DNA from: a phage
Sequence record: PZ195125.1
Reading direction: 5' to 3' (one strand)
Length of the DNA: 3,343 bases
The position numbers and the translations under genes are program-made. Positions 1 through 3,343 of the stretch are shown here, piece after piece (the stretch's first letter is position 1; the number at the start of each line of letters is the position of its first letter). The notes beneath the pieces are model-generated. The model had not been told where the DNA came from and made no database searches. It saw only the letters and a list, made by a program, of their open reading frames with translations.

Positions 1-50
1 ACCATGCCGTCAGGTTTAGGTGACGGTATATTCCATATACCGGAGGATCT
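1..50 (+). promoter_or_regulatory. Partial 5' untranslated leader of the maturation gene, with a stem-loop and the maturation-gene ribosome binding site
   Basis: Seen in sequence: positions 4-12 (AUGCCGUCA) pair with 21-29 (UGACGGUAU) to give a 9-bp stem (one G-U pair) closing an 8-nt loop GGUUUAGG (13-20). A Shine-Dalgarno GGAGGA lies at 42-47, 3 nt before the ATG at 51. An in-frame stop TGA at 21-23 closes the maturation reading frame upstream, so no longer N-terminal extension is possible. The window does not begin with the GGG typical of levivirus 5' termini, so the leader is probably truncated. Confidence 0.6.
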
Positions 51-1223
51 ATGTTTCCGAAGTCAAATATCGATAGAAATTACAGGATTAAACTTATCTC
101 TTACGATAAGAAAGGGAAGCTTGTTTCCGACGACTCTTTTGAGCAAGTCGAAAACTATCTCTTTCAGAATCGTTCGAGTACGTATAAACCTGGTTATATC
201 CGTCGCGACTTTCGAAGACCGACTAACTTCTGGAACGGCTATCGCTGTTTCAATCAGCCAGTCGGTACCTTCACTCGGAAACTCTCTGATGGTGGGAGAC
301 AAGTTGCTGATTACGGCATCGTGAACCCTAATAAGTTCACTGCCAATAGCCAGCACTTGGGGGACAACATGGTAATTTACCCTGGTCCCTTTTCTATAAA
401 CATTGATCAGCGTGCTTCTGTTGAAGTCCTCAATAAGCTTTCACAATCAAACCTCAATATTGGGGTTGCAATTGCTGAAGCTAAGATGACTGCTTCATTA
501 CTCGCTAAACAATCTATAGCTCTCATCAGAGCCTACACTGCTGCAAAGCGCGGTAATTGGCGAGAGGTGTTTTCTCAACTCCTCATCTCCGAACACCGTT
601 TCAGAGCTCCTGCTAAGGATCTCGGAGGTCGATGGCTCGAACTGCAGTACGGTTGGTTACCCCTTATGAGCGATTTGAAGGCTGCATATGATTTGCTTAC
701 GCAAACCAAATTGCCTGCTTTCATGCCCCTGAGGGTTACCCGCACCGTTGGCGGAACGCACAACTACATAGTGCGCAACGTCGAATCTGCAGGGGATACT
801 TGGTCCTATAGCGATCGTTTATCGGTGAACTACCGAATATGGTACTTCATTTCCGATCCGCGCCTCGCATGGGCTAGTTCCCTCGGGCTTCTTAACCCTT
901 TAGAAATTTATTGGGAAAAGACGCCCTGGTCGTTCGTTGTTGACTGGTTCTTACCTGTCGGTAATCTTATAGAAGCCATGAGTAATCCTCTTGGCCTCGA
1001 TATTATCTCCGGCACGAAGACCTGGCAACTTGAATCAAAACTCAATGCGACGCTTCTGGCTCCGGGTTGGTCTGGGACTGCAAAGTTGTCTGCATACGCG
1101 AAAGCATATGACAGATCTACTTTCTATTCCTTCCCTACCCCTCTGCCTTACGTGAAATCTCCACTTAGTGGTCTTCACTTAGCGAATGCATTGGCCTTAA
1201 TCAACCAACGCCTGAAAAGGTAA
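51..1223 (+). CDS. mat: Maturation (A / assembly) protein of an ssRNA phage, 390 aa; pilus-binding attachment protein present in one copy per virion
   Basis: A 1173-nt ORF that is first in gene order and preceded by a strong SD (GGAGGA 42-47). Its length of 390 aa matches what I recall for the GA maturation protein (MS2 is 393 aa). The translation contains blocks I recognise as conserved in levivirus A proteins, e.g. [54 protein letters not shown] and [19 protein letters not shown]. Stop TAA at 1221-1223. Confidence 0.93.
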   Translation: MFPKSNIDRNYRIKLISYDKKGKLVSDDSFEQVENYLFQNRSSTYKPGYIRRDFRRPTNFWNGYRCFNQPVGTFTRKLSDGGRQVADYGIVNPNKFTANSQHLGDNMVIYPGPFSINIDQRASVEVLNKLSQSNLNIGVAIAEAKMTASLLAKQSIALIRAYTAAKRGNWREVFSQLLISEHRFRAPAKDLGGRWLELQYGWLPLMSDLKAAYDLLTQTKLPAFMPLRVTRTVGGTHNYIVRNVESAGDTWSYSDRLSVNYRIWYFISDPRLAWASSLGLLNPLEIYWEKTPWSFVVDWFLPVGNLIEAMSNPLGLDIISGTKTWQLESKLNATLLAPGWSGTAKLSAYAKAYDRSTFYSFPTPLPYVKSPLSGLHLANALALINQRLKR

Positions 1224-1239
1224 TTACGGAGTTAGCCAT

Positions 1240-1632
1240 ATGGCAACTTTACGCAGTTTCGTACTCGTCGATAATGGCGGTACGGGGAATGTTACTGTCG
1301 TTCCTGTTAGCAATGCCAACGGCGTCGCTGAGTGGCTTTCTAATAACTCGCGCAGTCAAGCTTATCGCGTAACTGCCAGTTATCGTGCGTCAGGCGCAGA
1401 CAAGCGCAAATACACCATCAAACTCGAAGTGCCGAAAATCGTCACTCAGGTTGTGAACGGTGTTGAGCTGCCTGTTTCTGCCTGGAAGGCTTACGCCTCC
1501 ATTGACCTGACCATCCCTATCTTTGCTGCAACCGACGATGTGACCGTTATTTCCAAGTCACTCGCTGGCCTGTTCAAAGTTGGGAACCCTATCGCTGACG
1601 CCATCTCTTCTCAGAGTGGCTTCTACGCGTAA
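1240..1632 (+). CDS. cp: Coat (capsid) protein, 130 aa including the initiator Met; also the translational repressor of the replicase gene
   Basis: ORF with SD GGAG at 1228-1231, 8 nt before the ATG at 1240. The translation MATLRSFVLVDNGGTGNVTVVPVSNANGVAEWLSNNSRSQAYRVTAS...IPIFAATDD...GNPIADAISSQSGFYA is, from memory, near-identical to the Escherichia phage GA coat protein and clearly homologous to the MS2 coat (FVLVDNGGTG, NGVAEWISSNSRSQAYKVT, TIPIFA, GNPIP). Stop TAA at 1630-1632. Confidence 0.96.
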   Translation: MATLRSFVLVDNGGTGNVTVVPVSNANGVAEWLSNNSRSQAYRVTASYRASGADKRKYTIKLEVPKIVTQVVNGVELPVSAWKAYASIDLTIPIFAATDDVTVISKSLAGLFKVGNPIADAISSQSGFYA

Positions 1633-1823
1633 TGGGTCTGAAAGCAAAACATAAGGAAAACCTATGTTCCGATTCACAGAGATCGAAAAGACTCTATGTA
1701 TGGATCGCACTCGCGATTGTGCTGTCCGATTTCACGTCTATCTTCAGTCATTGGATTTGGGGTCTTCTGATCCTCATTCTCCGGACTTTGATGGACTTGC
1801 CTACCTTCGTGATGAATGTTTAA
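1632..1823 (+). CDS. lys: Lysis protein L, 63 aa; small single-pass membrane protein
   Basis: The ATG at 1632-1634 shares its A with the coat stop codon (UAAUG at 1630-1634). The ORF is in a different frame from the replicase and overlaps its first 160 nt. The translation has a basic N-terminus (MGLKAKHK...RSKR) followed by a long hydrophobic stretch LYVWIALAIVLSDFTSIFSHWIWGLLILILRTL, including an LS dipeptide as in the essential LS motif of MS2 L. It aligns by eye with MS2 L (…RSSTLYVLIFLAIFLSKFTNQLL…). Size and position match the lysis gene of group II leviviruses. No convincing SD lies upstream, consistent with translation coupled to coat termination. Confidence 0.85.
   Translation: MGLKAKHKENLCSDSQRSKRLYVWIALAIVLSDFTSIFSHWIWGLLILILRTLMDLPTFVMNV
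1649..1667 (+). promoter_or_regulatory. Translational operator hairpin (coat-protein binding site) containing the replicase start codon
   Basis: Seen in sequence: ACAUA-A-GG-AAAA-CC-UAUGU. The lower stem is 1649-1653 paired with 1663-1667 (5 bp), with a bulged A at 1654, an upper stem GG 1655-1656 paired with CC 1661-1662, and a 4-nt loop AAAA 1657-1660. The replicase AUG (1664-1666) sits in the 3' arm and the SD-like AAGGA (1653-1657) in the 5' arm. This has the same architecture as the MS2 operator ACAUGAGGAUUACCCAUGU (bulged A, 2-bp upper stem, 4-nt loop). Confidence 0.88.
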
Positions 1824-3262
1824 CTAAACATCCTTCACTTGGAGATAGTAATTCGGACGCACGCCGTAAGGAATTGGCATATGCCAAACTTATGGATAGT
1901 GATCAAAGATGCAAAATCCAAAACAGTAACGGATACGACTACTCTCATATCGAGAGTGGCGTACTGAACGGCATACTCAAGACCGCTCAGGCCCTTGTGG
2001 CAAACTTGCTTACGGGTTTTGAATCTCACTTCCTGAACGATTGTTCATTCTCCAATGGAGCCTCACAAGGGTTCAAGTTGCGGGATGCAGCGCCGTTTAA
2101 GAAGATCGCTGGGCAAGCAACCGTTACAGCTCCTGCTTATGGCATCGCCGTAGCCGCCGTTAAAACGTGCGCGCCGTGGTATGCTTATATGCAGGAAACG
2201 TATGGCGATGAGACCAAATGGTTTCGTCGGGTATACGGCAACGGTTTGTTTTCTGTTCCGAAGAACAATAAAATAGATCGGGCTGCCTGTAAGGAGCCTG
2301 ATATGAATATGTACCTCCAGAAAGGGGCGGGATCTTTTATAAGAAAACGCCTTCGTTCCGTTGGTATAGATCTTAACGATCAAACGCGCAATCAGGAATT
2401 AGCCCGACTTGGCAGCATTGATGGTTCACTCGCTACTATTGATCTTAGTAGCGCTAGTGATTCTATCTCTGACCGTCTCGTCTGGGATCTACTTCCACCG
2501 CACGTTTATTCATACCTCGCTCGTATCCGTTCGTCTTTCACCATGATCGACGGGCGGTTACATAAGTGGGGTCTATTTTCTACCATGGGAAACGGCTTTA
2601 CGTTCGAACTCGAGTCCATGATCTTTTGGGCTCTGAGTAGGAGTGTCATGCTGTCCATGGGTGTTACTGGCTCATTAGGCATCTACGGTGACGATATAAT
2701 CGTTCCTGTAGAATGTGCCCCAACCCTCCTTAAGGTACTATCCGCCGTAAACTTTCTTCCAAATGAGAAGAAGACGTTTATAACGGGTTACTTTCGTGAG
2801 AGTTGTGGTGCTCATTTCTTTAAGGGTGCCGACATGAAACCTTTTTACTGCAAGCGGCCAATGGAAACCCTTCCCGATGTCATGTTGCTTTGCAACAGGA
2901 TAAGGGGTTGGCAGACCGTTGGTGGAATGTCAGATCCGCGGCTCTTCCCAATTTGGAAGGAGTTTGCTGATATGATTCCGCCGAAGTTTAAGGGTGGATG
3001 TAACCTGGATCGCGATACTTACCTCGTTTCACCGGATAAACCCGGTGTCACATTGGTTCGTATCGCTAAGGTGCGCTCTGGTTTTAACCACGCGTTCCCG
3101 TACGGTCATGAAAATGGCCGCTACGTCCACTGGTTACATATGGGATCGGGAGAAGTTCTCGAGACCATATCCTCCGCCAGGTTTAGGTGTAAACCTAACT
3201 CGGAATGGAGAACACAGATCCCTCTATTTCCTCAGGAATTAGAGGCCTGCGTTCTCTCCTGA
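1664..3262 (+). CDS. rep: RNA-dependent RNA polymerase (replicase beta subunit), 532 aa
   Basis: A 1599-nt ORF that is last in gene order. The catalytic motif C, YGDD, is at 2684-2695 in the context GSLGIYGDDIIVP. A motif-A-like acidic block IDLSSASDSISD lies at 2438-2473. Long stretches match the MS2 replicase as I recall it (VPKNNKIDRAACKEPDMNMYLQKG, GSxDGSLATIDLSSASDSISDRLVW, FSTMGNGFTFELESMIFWA, KTFxxGxFRESCGAHF, KPFY, GGMSDPRL). Stop TGA at 3260-3262. Confidence 0.96.
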   Translation: MFRFTEIEKTLCMDRTRDCAVRFHVYLQSLDLGSSDPHSPDFDGLAYLRDECLTKHPSLGDSNSDARRKELAYAKLMDSDQRCKIQNSNGYDYSHIESGVLNGILKTAQALVANLLTGFESHFLNDCSFSNGASQGFKLRDAAPFKKIAGQATVTAPAYGIAVAAVKTCAPWYAYMQETYGDETKWFRRVYGNGLFSVPKNNKIDRAACKEPDMNMYLQKGAGSFIRKRLRSVGIDLNDQTRNQELARLGSIDGSLATIDLSSASDSISDRLVWDLLPPHVYSYLARIRSSFTMIDGRLHKWGLFSTMGNGFTFELESMIFWALSRSVMLSMGVTGSLGIYGDDIIVPVECAPTLLKVLSAVNFLPNEKKTFITGYFRESCGAHFFKGADMKPFYCKRPMETLPDVMLLCNRIRGWQTVGGMSDPRLFPIWKEFADMIPPKFKGGCNLDRDTYLVSPDKPGVTLVRIAKVRSGFNHAFPYGHENGRYVHWLHMGSGEVLETISSARFRCKPNSEWRTQIPLFPQELEACVLS

Positions 3263-3343
3263 TAGTGTCAGGACCTCCCCGGACGGGGTGGGTGTGACCG
3301 AAAGGCCACTATGGAGGTGAATCCTCCACCGCCCAAAAGGCGG
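3263..3343 (+). other. 3' untranslated region (partial) with a series of short stable hairpins; cis-acting replication domain
   Basis: Seen in sequence: (a) CCCC 3277-3280 / GGGG 3285-3288 with loop GGAC; (b) GUG(A)CC 3294-3299 / GG(C)CAC 3304-3309 with a GAAA tetraloop 3300-3303; (c) GGAGG 3313-3317 / CCUCC 3323-3327 with loop UGAAU; (d) CCGCC 3329-3333 / GGCGG 3339-3343 with loop CAAAA. The window ends in GGCGG rather than the CCCA characteristic of levivirus 3' termini, so the extreme 3' end appears to be missing. Confidence 0.6.

Noticed and set aside
4-324. 106-aa + strand ORF starting at ATG 4, overlapping the start of the maturation gene in another frame
   Set aside because: The ATG lies inside the 5' leader hairpin stem with no SD upstream, and the window start is probably internal to the leader. 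No such gene is known in leviviruses and the product has no recognisable features.
63-356. 97-aa ORF on the minus strand, antisense to the maturation gene
   Set aside because: The genome is positive-sense ssRNA. The minus strand is only a replication intermediate and is not translated in leviviruses, and the ORF has no recognisable product or RBS. It is a chance ORF.
575-763. 62-aa ORF on the minus strand
   Set aside because: Same reasoning: antisense to the maturation gene in an RNA phage, short, no supporting signals.
1835-2029. 64-aa ORF on the minus strand inside the replicase gene
   Set aside because: Antisense to the replicase; not expected to be expressed from a levivirus genome; no homology recognised.
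2063-2383. 106-aa ORF on the minus strand inside the replicase gene
   Set aside because: Antisense to the replicase; chance ORF in a coding-dense region; no supporting signals.
2994-3242. 82-aa + strand ORF in an alternative frame within the 3' part of the replicase gene
   Set aside because: No properly spaced SD (GGGUGG abuts the ATG directly), and no homologous overlapping gene is known in this phage group. It is most likely a chance ORF, though conservation of the frame in relatives could be checked.
1-3343. DNA-type signals: sigma70 promoters, rho-independent terminators, CRISPR repeats, IS elements, tRNA genes
   Set aside because: None seen, and none expected: the sequence is a cDNA copy of an RNA genome. 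The GC-rich hairpins at the 3' end are replication and structural elements, not transcription terminators (no following U-tract).
1-3343. Possibility that the window holds a novel or previously undescribed system
   Set aside because: Every ORF and RNA element is accounted for by the canonical, well-studied levivirus genome plan. I found no extra gene, insertion or unexplained structured region.

Overview
The whole window reads as one nearly complete genome of a small positive-sense ssRNA coliphage of the MS2/GA type (levivirus, family Fiersviridae), given as cDNA. It has the canonical four-gene layout, all on the + strand: maturation (A) protein 51..1223, coat protein 1240..1632, a 63-aa lysis protein 1632..1823 that starts on the coat stop codon (UAAUG) and overlaps the replicase start, and the RNA-dependent RNA polymerase 1664..3262 with a YGDD motif. 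The coat protein matches, from memory, the coat of Escherichia phage GA (group II) almost residue for residue, and the replicase and lysis proteins are clearly homologous to those of MS2. The coat-protein-binding translational operator hairpin sits on the replicase start codon (1649..1667). Both untranslated ends carry stable hairpins, and the window appears to lack the extreme genomic termini. Because this is an RNA genome, DNA features such as promoters, terminators and minus-strand ORFs do not apply. I do not see a previously undescribed system here: it is a textbook levivirus genome. The findings below are the points most worth verifying. All homology statements rest on my recollection of the MS2/GA proteins and need a database search to confirm.
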